A DNA stretch of 64,000 nt from Octopus vulgaris (GCA_951406725.2 OX597818.1:7626001-7690000); one strand, 5' to 3'; positions 37,201-52,307 are shown, counted from the first letter of the stretch. Numbers and translations are program-made. The notes: generated by a model not told the origin, from the letters alone.

Positions 37201-40200
37201 TATATTCACTGTATGAGCTCAGAGAATCACAAGTAACGTTTTTCGAAGGAGGAGATCAAAGTTCAGGCTAGTCCAGTAAATGCAGTCTAGAATTACATTT
37301 GTTGATAGTTTATTGATTTTACTGTTAGATTGCATTCAGATACTGCTATTAGCATGCAGCCTTACTGCAGACCTTTGGTGAAAGGGGTTGATTTTATAAC
37401 TGACAGCAAACCAAATACACCCACATCAAGCAACAATTGTTCCAATAGATATCCACGTGGGCCTCTACAGAAAATTGGTGAAACATCCTCAGGCTGCGAC
37501 ATTCTAGTTCCACTGTTTATAAAGTCAAGCAAGAATTCTCCTAAAATCCCGGATACCCCGAATTCTTGCACATTCATACCACACACACACACACACATAC
37601 ACATATATATATATATATAAACATATAAATATATAACAATTTAGAGCTGACAGAAATAACTCAGAAATGATATTTAGCATGTATTTCAAAAAACACAAAC
37701 GGATGAGATTATATTAAATATGTTTCGATAAATTCTTGAGTTATCGAATTTATAGACCCTTTGTTTGCAAATAAGAAATAGCATGGTAAAACTGGAACCA
37801 ACTCCAAAAGAGAAGCGAGATTATTATTTTGATACTACATAACGAATAGAGAACACTTTACGGACGAATTAAAAAAGCAAAGAATTTACGAACATTGCTA
37901 TACAAAAATGATAAGAGAAAAAATTATGCGTATCCTTACTAGATACCTCATCCTAAGTTCTCAACGTTCCTTCCACCTTTTTGCATATTAAGCAAAATCA
38001 TGCAGGTAATTTCCATCCAATCAAATGCCTCCGTTTTAATTAAGTAAGGAAGTATGAACACATAGAAAAAAGATGGCAGTCATGCCCAGAATGATTCTCA
38101 GCATAGGTTACTCAAGTAAATATGTACTAGCTCTAAACTGTCGATGTGTGTAAATTCGTTTGCAAGTAATGGCAAATATTCAATAATTCTTACTTAAAAG
38201 TGAACCACCAAATTTCAACCAGTATTTTTTTCCACAGTGCAGTGTTTCTTCTCTTTTACATATTTTCTAAATTCGAAGCATTTGCTAGACGCTAATTTAG
38301 CGGAACAGCTCATGTGCGCACGCGCGAACGCATAATCCCCCAACACACACACGTAAACACGACAGTAATTCATGAAACACTATGTTCTTGATTGCTGAAT
38401 AAACATATTATTTCTTATGGTAACTGGAGAGAAAATAGTGTTTAATCTGTGATGCCAGCTATCGCGAAGTACTATGCTAACCCACAAGAGTAAACAAGAG
38501 AGACAGAGAGATGCAGAAACAAGGAAAATGCCCCTTGTATTTGAATACTATACAAATATTCTTTTAAAAAACTATTCGTTTAATTTTTCCAAAAGTTCAT
38601 TGTTTTCCATACTTACAGTTGAAAAAGTCTCAAAGGCTGAAACCGGTACTGAAATGTTTTATATAAAATTATTTTAGCATTTTCTACCTTGACTTTTTTC
38701 CATATATATCAACTTCTGAAGCTTGAAACGGGATGGATGAAAATTCTTTTAATTTACATGTCACTTGAATGTTCAGTGTGAATTATAGATCTGTTTCTTG
38801 TATTGTTGACTATGCTCCCACACATCTAATTTTGTTTGAAGGCAGTTGGATTGCGTTCTTTCATCAACCAAGCCGGTTTTGATAGACTTAACGATAATTG
38901 CTATATGAAAGTATGAATTTGTTGCTCAAATTTGCAAACGTGTAGGACTATTCTATTTTAATCTTATGTCAGATGAATGGGAAGTACACTCAAGAGGCGT
39001 TTGTATCAGCATATCTAATAACTTACAGCCCAGAAAATCTGTACCCAGAAGTTTATGTAAGTTTATTTTGCTTAAAAAACTGTGCTTTGCTTTGTTTGAA
39101 GGCAGAAGGCTTATTTAAGTAATAACTGTTCCAGTTGCTAGGCGTGTTTATACTGTGTCACCACTGTACTAAATAGTAAATTATATTATCAAGAAAAGTG
39201 ATTTTCATCTAAACAAACTAATATACAACTAGTAGTACATTATATGATTTTTCTGCTGTATGACTGGGAGTATGTTAAAATTAGGTGCAACTGGGATTTA
39301 ATCCACGTAATTTGAAGGTTAAGAGAACGATGAAAAATATTTTTGTCTTGTACTATATCGCATCTGACAGTTACTGAGAAATTCAGATCAGTGATATAAA
39401 TTGAATTGTTGATTGTTTCGGCGAGGATAAGGTGTTCTCTAATAAATGTTGTCATGACAGTTGAAAAGGATGTTCAGAAAAAAGCGGAGAATTGTTTTTA
39501 AAATGGATATGTCTCATAATAAATTTAAACGGACTTGTGTAATACTTTAGTACATCACGCATATTCTTCGGCGTTGTACACTGTCATAGATTTAAGCAAT
39601 TACATATTTGATAGATTAAGATAAAGGTATTAGATAACATTCTACATGTTATGGCCTTCCTATGAAAATATTCATTATTGTTTCAATTAATTTATGCTAA
39701 TTCCACGATTTAACAAGCTCCGAAGAGATTTGCCAGGTATCACACTGTCAGAATGAATCATTATAATAGACGGATCGCACAATGGATCTTGCATTGGATC
39801 TTGCAAAAAATTCAATACCGTATCCTTTGTCGACCACTTAATATCTATTTTGCAATAATTTTAAGCTATCGGAGGTCGGTAGTCTTTCAACTATATGTAT
39901 CGTACAGTTTTATGCAAATTTATGCAAAATAATATCTATGCGTTAAGAAGTACACACTCATGCACACATTTACACACATACACACACACACGCGCGCGCG
40001 CACACATGTATATATATATATATCTATGAAATTAGCCCAGTATAATATGAGTAAGAATTCTACTAGGTAGTAATAAACTTCTAAGAAGATATTATTAAAA
40101 CATACAGAACTGTTTCAGTAACAACCGACATTCAAGTAAATATAACTTGACAACTTCGATAATATTAATTCTGCAAAGATTTTAAAAATATAATATTTGT

Positions 40201-41361
40201 TTGTGTTCTATTTATAATACAAAAGAAACCAAATTTTTAACAGGAATTTTCTTGTTTCTAGTAATGTGCTTCCAGATCTTGTAACATAAAGTGTGCTAGA
40301 GATATCTGCTGGAAATATCATACATTGGTGGGTAGGACAAATGAATGCAAATAGATTTCTCAGCACCATGAATATTAGAAGGTTAAATGGATTTCATATA
40401 TTGTCTAAGAGACTATGTTGTGGTAAGCCAATCAGTTTGTGCTTGCGACTTTTTTGAAAAAGAAAACATTAAATATTATACCTGTTCACCCACTAACATA
40501 TATTCATATGAGGTAAGATTGATAACAGGATTTGTAGATTACCTGTAGTTTACGTCTTCCATCGAAAAACTGAAATTAGTCTGAGAATCCAGGTTTCAGC
40601 ACCACACTTACCAATATGATTATTACTTGATCTGAAATTAGTGTTAATGTTCATTTTAATCGCAATGATATATGAGAATAAGTTTCGACATGCAAATATA
40701 ATTTGGGGATGAATTACAACCGATACCAATGTTGATGATATCCATCCGTTAAGAAACATGTGCGCTATGGTTTTAACATGGTATTTCACAAAATTCGCGT
40801 TCTTCTAAATATATATTGTGCTGAATGTAGGTGGATAAAATTATTCAAGACATAACTCTGAATAACATTTATGTGAATTTCAGTTTCTTATCTCACTTTA
40901 AATAATATTACACTAAATAATTATTTAAACCTAATAGATATTTTAAATTGTTGATAATAGTTACATTTAAGAGAAAGTAATTATCGACATCATATAATAG
41001 GTTTGGTGAAAATGAATAAGATTAGAAAGGTGTCTTTGTGTTGAAATTCGAAAATCTATTAAATGTTAATAGACGCTGTATGAACAGATATTTATCATTA
41101 AATGAAGGAGTAGACCAGAATGTAATATCAAGTGCACTCCAAAATATAAATATCCTACATGAAATGTATTAGACTTCGTCTATGGTAACGGTCATTACAT
41201 TACTCACGTCTTCCAAATAATTTTTCAGCCTATACTAAAGATATGACTTGCTGAGGACATCGAGTGAGATATGCGGTTGGTAAACAGACATTGGAACATT
41301 TTCGCATATGTCACATGTCTATATATACTTTTGTTATTATTTTATTTGTGATAATAATTAA

Positions 41362-41522
41362 ACTGCGGCCATGCTTAAACACCACCGTGAACAGTTTTAA
41401 GTTGAATGAATCGCATTTTAAGTCTGATACTTATTCAGTTTGGGTCTGTTACCGAACCACTAAGTTACAGGGACATAAACACATTAACGCCCATTGTCAA
41501 GTGGTGGTGAATAACAAATAAA
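41362..41522 (-). mobile_element. Degraded SINE (third family)
   Basis: CTGCGGCCATGCT..CCGAACCACTAAGTTACAGGGACATAAACAC..TTGTCAAG; related copy at ~51440-51580. Confidence 0.6.
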
Positions 41523-41849
41523 ACCAATTTGAAGTGGCGATAAACATTACATCTTAGAATAGTTACTACTTACTCTGTTATAGTGATCCCATGTTTATTT
41601 AGGATATATTATTAGCCATGGAGTTAAAAGTTCATTCAATATGAAATCGAAACATCCATATAGAATACTCATTCGAATAATTGATATGGAAGTTTATAAT
41701 TTCTGATTATCTTAGATTATATCTTACATGAACGAAAACGTTTGAGAGGCGATTCAGCAAAACATGACTATACATAAAACTAATTCAACAAATCATGAAT
41801 TATCATGTTGTTATTGACTTTGCGTATTTGTCAAGTTTATATATATATT

Positions 41850-42485
41850 TAGGTGTGTGTGTGTGTGTATGTGTGTGTGTGTGCGTGCGTGTGTGTGTTT
41901 AGAGTTACACGTGTATATATGTGCGTGTATATGTATGTATATTTGTATGTATGTGTGTGTATGTGTGTGTGTGCGTGTGTGTATGTAATACTGCTCTTGA
42001 GTTTGTACTATGATAAACATTTATAAAATCATCATGATAATGTTATTTTCTGTTTAATTAGCGAGAATGAAACGAATTTATAATTGGGTGCGTTCATCCT
42101 CGAATTAAGATATGGACATTGATTATCTTAATAAACAGGTCAAGAACATTCTTTTCTTGTAAAATAAATGGAATAACTAATTATCTATCTCTTCATATTG
42201 GGACTATTTACTAAGGTACTGTCACTATATGCTGATTTTAGGGAAAAAGATGTGAAATCCGTTGTTTGGATATTATTTTACCTAAACCAAATTTAATATG
42301 AAACAAGCAGTAGAAAGAACATTACAAAATCGCGTAGAGAAACAATGTGGGAATCGTTTGCAGAGAAGTTTAATAAGCTGACACATGTCAAATAAAATGT
42401 CCAATAATTAGTTTGTATATCTTGCATGCAATACGAATGTTTGAAACGCCAATAGGCACCTTACTGATAAACGCAGCTGCGAAGC

Positions 42486-42552
<67 letters not shown>

Positions 42553-43681
42553 TTACTTAATATCTTATCACTCATTTGAATAGAAAATAGGTATGAATTG
42601 TTTTATATTCTCATCTTGCTTTATATTCTCATTCTTTTCAATCAACTAATCAGCTTAAGGAGGAGCAAACGAAGTTCAATCCTTGACGAGTTTTGCGACG
42701 AATTTGTGTCATATGACTGAAACAAGTAACGGAATAAAAGAATAATAGATGGATCAATTACTGCAAACAACATCGCTGAAATATACATCTGTTTTCAATA
42801 ACCATCCATTTATACTTATTTGTTTAGTAAATTATCTTTCTTCAGTAATGAAGCAAAATGGTTTGCGATGTTTTCAAATGGAACTTAATGGCCAATTCTC
42901 GAAGTATAAAAATATTTTTTTAAATATATTACATTCGCTTAAAATATGATAACATCAGTATGAAAAGTATTCCAGTTTCCACGACTGTTATGTATTTTTG
43001 ACCGCAATAAATTTTACAATATTTCGAAATAGAAAAGTATGGGGACATATAGCATGTGACTCTGTGATATTCGATTTAACTTAACTGGTGAAATGTATAT
43101 AGACTTTTACGAGATCTATAAACCCTTCTTGGATTGTTATTAACACTAAATCAGCAATTTACGCATACTTGACAGCAGTACAACTAATGCGATTGCCCTG
43201 CGGGTCTATATTTGAGTTCATACATATCCACTTCACAGTAAAATGCATAAAATAATATGTTTCCAAAATAAAACTAAGATATAATCCGATAAAATTGACC
43301 TTCAAAAGGCATTGGTTTTATATTGCAACTATTACTATAAATGCAAGGAAATATAGGAATTTACGTAGATGGGTAGTGAACATTTTGCCTCGGGAAGTAG
43401 ATGATGTCTCTTGCCAAGATTGTTAACTGCCTATCATTCTGACTGCGATAAGTAGCAGTTACGTAGTTGGAATAAAGTAAATTGTTAAATTGCCTACAGA
43501 TAAAATAATCAGTAAAAGATATGCCTTCGAGTGACCACAATGGTTCTTACCTATTATTGATCTCTCCTTCTCTCCCATTTCCACATCATTGCTTCTCTCT
43601 CTCTATCTATCTCTCGACACACACACACACACACATACACACACACACACACATATATATATATACATGTATATGTATGTG

Positions 43682-43742
<61 letters not shown>

Positions 43743-44078
43743 ACATATATATGCATACACACTTACGCACATATATAAATGTAACATATACCTGTAGGTT
43801 GTGTGCATATAAATACTATGTATTTGAGTTTCTGTACATGTGTAGTCTAGGCATTTAATATGCACGCACACAAATACATACATACGCATACACACTCACA
43901 TACACACACACACACACATACACACACACACACACACACACATATGAAGGAGCGAGAGAGTTGCGGAATATGAATATATATAGATAGAATGAATTACCGA
44001 ATGTGTGAGAAAATGAAACGACAGGAACAATAGAACATTGTGAAAGTGATGGAAAGAGAGATACAAAGAGAAGGAGTA

Positions 44079-44130
<52 letters not shown>
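41850..44130. repeat. Several dinucleotide microsatellites (41850-41985, 42488-42551, 43617-43943, 44081-44130)
   Basis: Directly visible. Confidence 0.9.
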
Positions 44131-44134
<4 letters not shown>

Positions 44135-47100
44135 AACTGTGAGACTCTATGAATTTTTTAATGTTCGTCTCACGAGCTCCCAGGTTTGATCCTATTATAT
44201 GATATCGTGTGAAATAATAGCATCGAAAAACGGAGCTCGCCGTTACAAAACGAATATTTTATCTTCTCATTTCTTATGGATATCATTGCATGATATTCTG
44301 TAGAGGAATTACTCCATGGAAGTACATCGTAATATTTTTGTAATTGAAGGAATCAGTTTTGTCTCACACTGCATTGAATTGATTCTGTTTGATGATTGGG
44401 TCCAGTGTACATATCGTTTCGGAATATTCAGCCATTCAATTCCTGAATCCAGAAATAACTGCTATTACCAGACGAACAACAAGTGTCATGGCTGTAACTC
44501 AGGGAAAGTATTTTGTTATGTATGAGAACGAACGTCTATGGTTGATATTTTGAGAGAGACTTGCCGATTACGTGGGTCATCAATTGAAATATTAAGAGAA
44601 AAATTGCTTCTAAGTGAATGGTAGGTTAAATAATTTTTTATCATGTGGTTTACTTCAGAATTCAAGGAAGGTGAAAGTGAGAGAAAGGGAAAATGTAACA
44701 AAGGTAATTTTTAGTTTGAAGCAGGAAGAGATAATAAATGATGTTATCCTCTGTCACTAACACAGTAACACAGAGATGTATATAGCACAATGTAATATGA
44801 AAAAGAAATGTGCGTATATTACCATAAAAGGAGAGAGAAAGTATATATCCTGAATATTATATAGGTGAGAATAGAAATAAAGCACTGGTAATTCGCTTAA
44901 ATGAGTGTGTTTGATATGTCTAGTAAGTGAAGAAGTTGTGAGCTGAAATCATGGATTTGCTCAACAATTTGTATAACGTCAGTGAAATAAGTGAGTAGAC
45001 AAATTCTGCTACAAAAATTAGTCAAACAGCCATCCTACTACAGGATAGTTACAAGGGATCGCGTATTTTTAGATAATTCATATCGTGTGGTCATGTAAAT
45101 GATAATAACAATCGAATCCTGAAGAACGTGAACAAGCATGAAAAATAAAATTCATTAAAAAAGACATCACAAAAACTATAAAGAAGGTTGTGAAAATCAG
45201 CAATACTCAGAAATTGTAGAAGATAGGTATTTAAATGACGATTATGAAAGATGCAGTTGAGATCGATTCCTTTGCTCTGTATCTATTCCAGCGTAAGTTA
45301 TAGTTATGATTGCTTGAAACTAATTGAATATTCACATTTAGAACAGCGTCTGATCTAACAGATTGCAACTAGTGGACTATTACCCTCTGTTTCTTACTTT
45401 GCGTATTTCTATGTATCCAAAGTGTGTGTGCGTGTGTATATGTATACGTATATATGTGTGTGTGTGTGCACATATGCATCTGTTGGGGGTGGGGTTAAAT
45501 TCTTTGCATATTTTCCTGGCCTAAACTGACCAGGGGGATATATGTTTTAAAATGTGCTGCTCGTTTTTATTACCAGACCTGATGACTTAATTCCTTTAAG
45601 TGATTCCTTCGTATGTAAAGCAGTTGCAGAACTGAATAAACCAATATAAATCGATTAGAAGCTATTTCTTCAAATATGACAAAAGATTTTATCACTCTTG
45701 TATAGATTCACAGAAATGATGGGAGAGATTTAGATTCAAGGAAAATATTAATTGGATGTCACTTAGTCTCCAATAAGATTTGCTATACAGGATCCCATGA
45801 TAATTATAAGATATCTATGATGGAAATTTCAAATCCAAATCCTTATCAAATCTTAAATCTACACATCTCGAGACTATTTGCATCAACTAAAATTGTTACC
45901 ATTAACAGATGAAATAACTCTACGATTGCATCACCTACTAGAAAAAGCAACTAATCAACCCTCAGCATATCAACTTCAAGTCAACGATGACACATTCAGA
46001 AAATGGACGATATAAGAATGTGTGGAATGTCTTTGCTAATAATTTTGTTAAAGAACGAATATCATGGAGATGAAGAAAACAAACAAGAAAACAATCAACT
46101 AAATTTATGTAATTAAAATATAATCTGGGATACGAGGAACTAAATTTGGTTTACTCGGTGAAATTTCATCCGTAAAGTATTCGTAGAGGTTTTCAGAAAA
46201 TTTCATATACGAAGGGAATGGAGGAATCTAAAGTTTCTGATATATATTCTTCTTTAAACGCAGGTGTAAATACATAGAAATTAAGAGAGGAAAAGGTGAG
46301 AGCAAGCTTCCTCATATTTTCGTTACAAGCGATGAGATTACAATGAACCTGTATGTGGAAATATTATGTGATCCTTAGGCAATTAGTGGAAAGAACTGTA
46401 CTCTTCTCTAAAGAAAACTTTAACATTGGAATAATGTAAGAATAAATTAGAAAATATAATCGTATAAACACTGAAAAGACGGGATGCTCATGTTTGCACT
46501 CCATTGAAACAACATTAACCGGATGATGAGCAGCCACCCGAAGAATTATGTATTTTTAAAATTATAACAAGCAACAGAGTTAACTTCTTTGTGAAAGCTC
46601 AACCCGCAAAACATCTTATTTAAATCTACACAGTTTTGTACATATAAAAACTGAAGCTGGTTTCTCGACTGGCTTTTGGGAAGAATTGCTACAAACTATA
46701 CATGACAAAAATACCTGCCAAGAGACCACCGTGTCGACAAATATATACGCGGCTAACCTAGAAATTACGGTACTCTCGGTGTGATGTTAAACCACTACAA
46801 ATTGAGCACACCTTAGATTTTGTAAAATAATTACATTAGGAAACATACTGCTGTATCCGCTGCTACACCAGTGATGTAACTGAGCGGTGATCTGTGCTTG
46901 GGAGCCACACTGGAATCCAAATTAGAAAAGCTTCTCCGAGTTAAAACATTCAGTACCTGCGAAGATAAAAGCTGAGGGCTTTAACCGAGACGATAAAATT
47001 GTGTAGAACAGAATTCGGGACCCAACTACCATATTAATTATGAAAACTGCACGAAGTCACAACGAACAGCTAGCGTTAAAGAAAATACAAGGAGATCTAC

Positions 47101-47185
47101 CTGAAGGCCAGCTTTTCACGTGCTAATAGAAATATGACAGCGATGGGTACGATGCTGTTCATGATGGGGTGATCCACGCTGGGAT

Positions 47186-47285
47186 CCCGCATCTAACTAC
47201 AGGGAATGAACCCGCATCTAACTACAGGGAATGAACCCGCATCTGACTACAGGGAATGATCCCGCATCTGACTACAGGGAATGAA
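47186..47285 (+). repeat. Tandem repeat, 4 x 25 bp (CCCGCATCTRACTACAGGGAATGAW)
   Basis: Directly visible; no spacers. Confidence 0.95.
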
Positions 47286-47575
47286 CAAGAACCAGATTTT
47301 AAGGTTTAATCCTGATACCCACACACACGTTCGTGAAAAAAGAAATGAGAACCCTGTAATATATAGGTTAACAAAAACTGAAGTATTGAAATTCCTCGAA
47401 GAGGAAATTTGCACTAATATAGGTGAGATTCAAGGTAAGAGCAAAAACGATACAGAGAAAATAATTAATACAAGAAAACTAATTGATCCCAGATGTTTGG
47501 AGATACTGTTCAGCTGATGGATAACAAGTTCTCCCTTACAGCTGTTCGTTTTCAAGGCAAATTGCAGAGGTACAA

Positions 47576-47640
<65 letters not shown>

Positions 47641-47657
47641 TAATGATAATGATAATG

Positions 47658-47710
<53 letters not shown>

Positions 47711-47757
47711 TTAATAATAATAATAATAATAATAACAATAACAACAATAACAACAAC

Positions 47758-47809
<52 letters not shown>

Positions 47810-47835
47810 TAATAATAATAACAATAACAACAACG

Positions 47836-47877
<42 letters not shown>

Positions 47878-47925
47878 TTAATAATAAAAATAATAATAAT
47901 AACAACAACAACAACAACAACAATG

Positions 47926-47970
<45 letters not shown>
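47576..47970. repeat. ~400-bp (AAT)n/(AAC)n/(GAT)n tract
   Basis: Directly visible. Confidence 0.95.
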
Positions 47971-47974
<4 letters not shown>

Positions 47975-48970
47975 CACCTAATACCAAGAAATCATACCAC
48001 CTAATAAACACGAAGAAGAAGAAGAAGATGATGAAGAAACAACAAAAGCTATAAAACAAATGAAATCCAAACTAAAAATAGAACAGCAACGAGCCATGAT
48101 AAAACGATGGCAAGAAAAGCCCCTTCATGGTAAATACTGCACTAAACTAATCGCAAAAGAAATAGACAAAGAAAAATCCCAGCAATGGTTGAGAAGCTCA
48201 GGACTCAAAGCAGAACAGAGGGATTTTTAATTGCAGCACAAGACCAAAGCCTCCCCACCAGAAATTACCAAAACATGTAATGAAAAGAAATATTACAAGT
48301 AACTGCAGAATATGTGGAGATGGACAAGAAACAATAAATCATATTATCTCTAGCTGCCCAGTCCTGGCTAAGAAGGAATATATTCACAGACATGACAGAG
48401 TTGGAACCTACATACATTGGAAGCTATGCCAACATTATGGAATAACAACAGAAAAAAGATGGTATAGGCACACACCAGAAAAGGTCACAGTAAACGAGAA
48501 AGCAACCATACTCTGGGATATGCCGATACACACAGATAGAGAAATTAAGGCCAACAGACCAGATATAGTTGTCAGAGATCATGAAGAAAAAAAATGCTTT
48601 CTAATTGATGTATCAATACCGGCAGATGACAACGTGTCTCTAAAAGAAATGGAGAAACTCTCAAAATACAAAGACCTGGAAATAGAGATAACTAGAATGT
48701 GGAATCTGAAAACAGAAACAATTCCTATCATAGTAGTTGCATTAGGCATGATAAAAAAATATTCAGACAAATACATAACAAAAACACCAGGACTTACAAA
48801 CACATATAACATACAGAAAATTGCACTACTAGGCACCGAACACATCCTACGCAGAACACTTTCCATACAATAACCATCAGAGCATCACAACAAATCACAG
48901 CACATACCCAAGGCACACAGAGCCGCGCTCGGTAGTGAAGTGAAAGCACGCTATAAAAATAAAACTACTG
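47971..48970 (+). mobile_element. Young R4/Dong retrotransposon, 5'-truncated copy B
   Basis: ORF 48280..48873 with CCHC + RLE; 3' UTR ends ..AAAACTACTG(AAT)n; near-identical to copies A and C. Confidence 0.95.
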
Positions 48971-49599
48971 AATAATAATAATTATTATTATTATAATAAT
49001 AGAAAACAGTCTCGTAAGGCATTACAACGTCCAGGAAGTGAGTGAAAGACAACGTATTTGAAAGGACAAAGTAGACAGATGGAAGACGATTTTCGTAATA
49101 TCACTAGAATGAACAATAGATTTATTAAGATAAAACTTAGAAAATCCCAATCTTAAAAATGAAGTATTAATTATGTCAATGTAGGAAACGCACCTACATA
49201 AATGAGATCGGGAATAAGTGAAGAAATATGGAGAAACTGCAACAGGTCAAAGGGATCTATAAATCAAATGATGAAGTAACAGTGATTATAGCAATATCGC
49301 TAATCCTGTAAAAAATTCTAACAGCTGAAGTACAAGAGTCTATTTGATGCGTACCACATCACAAGGCAGTAAAGGTTGATAAGCTTTCAGTCCATTTACT
49401 AGTAACAAATAACGAGGCATTGTTGGAAATTATGAACGATCTATGTAACTATGTAACAAGATCTGAGAGACAGGTGAATAATCTGGGAACAAGCAGCGAA
49501 CAATCTTCACTGCAGTGCCCAAATTTGCTGGCAATGTTTTTTAAGAGTACTCTACCATAAATTTCTGCAAGCACACCAACACGATCGTGTTAAGAACAC

Positions 49600-50400
49600 G
49601 GCTAAAGAGTATGGAGTACACCACCAAAAAACCGTTCAGAGAAATTCAGTTGTGGCTTCGTCAATGTTTGAGCTCAATTATACTGATTTTTAATACCGGT
49701 ATCGACATGGCGACAGCTACGCAAAATAATATTCCACGATATTCATTGATTATGAAACGGCCTTCCATTTTCATTGAATAGAGGGATCGAGGTCTCATTA
49801 GAGGGCTTGTTTTGGAGACTAGATACAAGTTAGCTGGTAGCTACTTGAATGAAATATGAGGTTACGTTATGGTTGAGAATCAGAAATGGAGTTCCGTAAC
49901 TCTCTTCTGTTTTACATGTTCGCATTAATTACTATTTCGATGAGTATGGGTCCTGCAGATAACTTCTTTTTCAGTGCATATATCACTGGCCGTTAGGTAA
50001 ATGACATTATGCTGATGTTATCGTTCTAATCGCTACTTCATCGGTTGCATGGAGTTTAAGGGAAGTTGACACGAAGCAATAAAAATAGCATGTTATTATC
50101 AAGAGCTGCAGAACATTTTGTATGGCCCACAGGAGAAATGATTACTTGAGGAGATGCAAGAAGAACACAAAACTGTGATGAGGGAGAGACGCTGCAAACT
50201 GTAATATTTTGGCCAATTTATCAGAACACAGAACCTCTGTGTTGGTATATTCGGGAAGGGTTGGTTAGAAAACAAAATCGTGGACATAAAGACGAGGACG
50301 GAGAGATGTCATCAAGGAATAAGGGAGATAAACTGGGGAAGTAGATGGCTGCAGCACACGGCCGCAATACGTAGCAAAGAAATGGTATTTCAATCACCTC
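49600..50400 (+). mobile_element. Highly degraded RTE-type LINE fragments
   Basis: YADVIVL and KL*YFGQFIRTQNLC motifs resembling the RTE C-terminus. Confidence 0.45.
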
Positions 50401-50506
50401 GTGCTAATATATGTGAAAAGTATTACTAATGTTTATAACAACAACAACAACAAAGCAGGAGCAGCAGGGGCGGCAACAATAACAATATTAATACGAATAA
50501 AGATAA

Positions 50507-50508
<2 letters not shown>

Positions 50509-50553
<45 letters not shown>

Positions 50554-50563
50554 TAATAATAAC

Positions 50564-50606
<43 letters not shown>

Positions 50607-50631
50607 TTATCATTGTTATTATTATTATTAT
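50509..50631. repeat. (AAT)n directly followed by (ATT)n, a self-complementary microsatellite
   Basis: Orientation switch at ~50581. Confidence 0.9.
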
Positions 50632-51439
50632 AACCATCATAACAGACATGATTTTTGTTGTTGCTGCTGTTATTAGAGGGGAAGTATTACAGGAAAAGTG
50701 GTGTCTCTTACTCCTTATTATTCGAACTTTAAACTATTTCTCGTTTAGTTGGCGTCTGTAATTTGTTATTTTTCATTCAATATAAAAGAAAAACTAGTGA
50801 TACGTCATGTTGTATATTAATTAGTTTTTGGTATTTATATAGAAATCGAATATTGCTGTTGATATAGCATAGAATATAGGATATTGGCTATGCTGTGTAA
50901 TAATAGAATAATGGTCTTGTGTTATATTACACAACGTGAAGACAAAAAAAAAACAGAAAGTAAAAACCTTAGTTGATAACACAAATATTTTGTTTAGAAT
51001 AGCAAAAAAATATATAAGATAGTTCACGGAAGCAATAATAATAGCAAAGTATTACTCAAAAGAGAACATACAGATAGCGCCGCCTAGCATCAAACTAACT
51101 TCACATACAAAGCAAGCTATTTCCTGAATGTTAAATAAAACATGACGTTGATAATAACAAATAGTGATAAGGTATGAGAAACAAACGTAGAACTGTTGCC
51201 ATGAAGCTTACAATAGAAACAGCTATATCCATCGGTGCTGTAAGTCATTTCATACAGAACTTATTTAGGAAATTTGTTGGAACATCGCGGGACATCGGGA
51301 AAAACATTTTTCCAAAACATACCATAAAGATCTAATATCATTATGTGAAAACTACATAACACGTATTGTTTTAACCGATAACAGCTATAGTCTTTTGTTC
51401 AAAAAACAAAAATCATGTTGTAACTTCGTTGTTCTGTCT

Positions 51440-51580
51440 TGTATCACTCTCAGTCTTGTAGTTTGGTCAATATGCTCTGCAGAGGCGTCGGGTACATCAG
51501 AGCCATTTACACAGATATAAACACACCAGCCTCAGTTGTCAAGCGATGGCAGGAGAACAACCACAGATACAGACACACAC
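51440..51580 (-). mobile_element. Degraded SINE fragment (family of 41362-41522)
   Basis: ATAAACACACCAGC..GTTGTCAAGCGATGG..CACAGATACAGACAC. Confidence 0.5.
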
Positions 51581-52214
51581 ATAATTGAGATGCTTTCGGA
51601 AGATTGCGCATAAACCTGATTAGATTATTGTAAAGCAGTCGCTTTCCGTGTCTTTGAATGCTAAAATGGTTTCCAAATGCATTACGTAATAAGCAAAATC
51701 ATAAGAGCTAATGAAAACCTGGTTTCGTCTTGTGATACTTTCTCGAATATAGTAATTGTATTGGCAGAGTAACATCATATTACAAAGTTGTACTCTCATG
51801 ATTTTATGAAATATTTAACATTCTTTTGCGTTTTAATATTTCAAAGCCTACGGGAATTCTAAAATTCAACATAACAACACACCAGTCGTGTACACAACCT
51901 AAGGGTATCTGACAAATATATGAACGATATAAAGAAGTGTATTCCGAGGGATATGAGACCAAATTCCTTTAAAGCTACTTGAATATTTCTTCTATATCTG
52001 GCAGAGGTTTGCATGTATGTATATATATATTTTCTACGATGGAAAGTGTATCTATAAGCTGAATATAACGCACTGGTAAAAATGGTTTTCAATTTCTGAA
52101 TGTAATAATAATTACACCTGAATTTGTTTCTTGTAGAAGTACTTACACAGCTACACGATTGAACACTGGTTATATATATGTATGTTGTATATATAACCTT
52201 TCTATGTCACATGA

Positions 52215-52304
<90 letters not shown>
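52215..52304. repeat. (ATT)n tract at Dong 3' end
   Basis: Directly visible. Confidence 0.95.

Positions 52305-52307
<3 letters not shown>

Noticed and set aside
40020-40260. Possible further hammerhead/pLTR remnant (GAAACAGTTCTGTA on the minus strand)
   Set aside because: No recognisable CUGANGA box or stem II
44290-44700. Possible host exon near ORFs 44316 and 44516
   Set aside because: Stops in plausible frames, no convincing splice pair, no recognisable protein motif
46480-49560. Decayed CR1/L2-like LINE interrupted by Dong copy B (ETHL motif near 49185)
   Set aside because: Only one weak motif; too degraded to support as a feature
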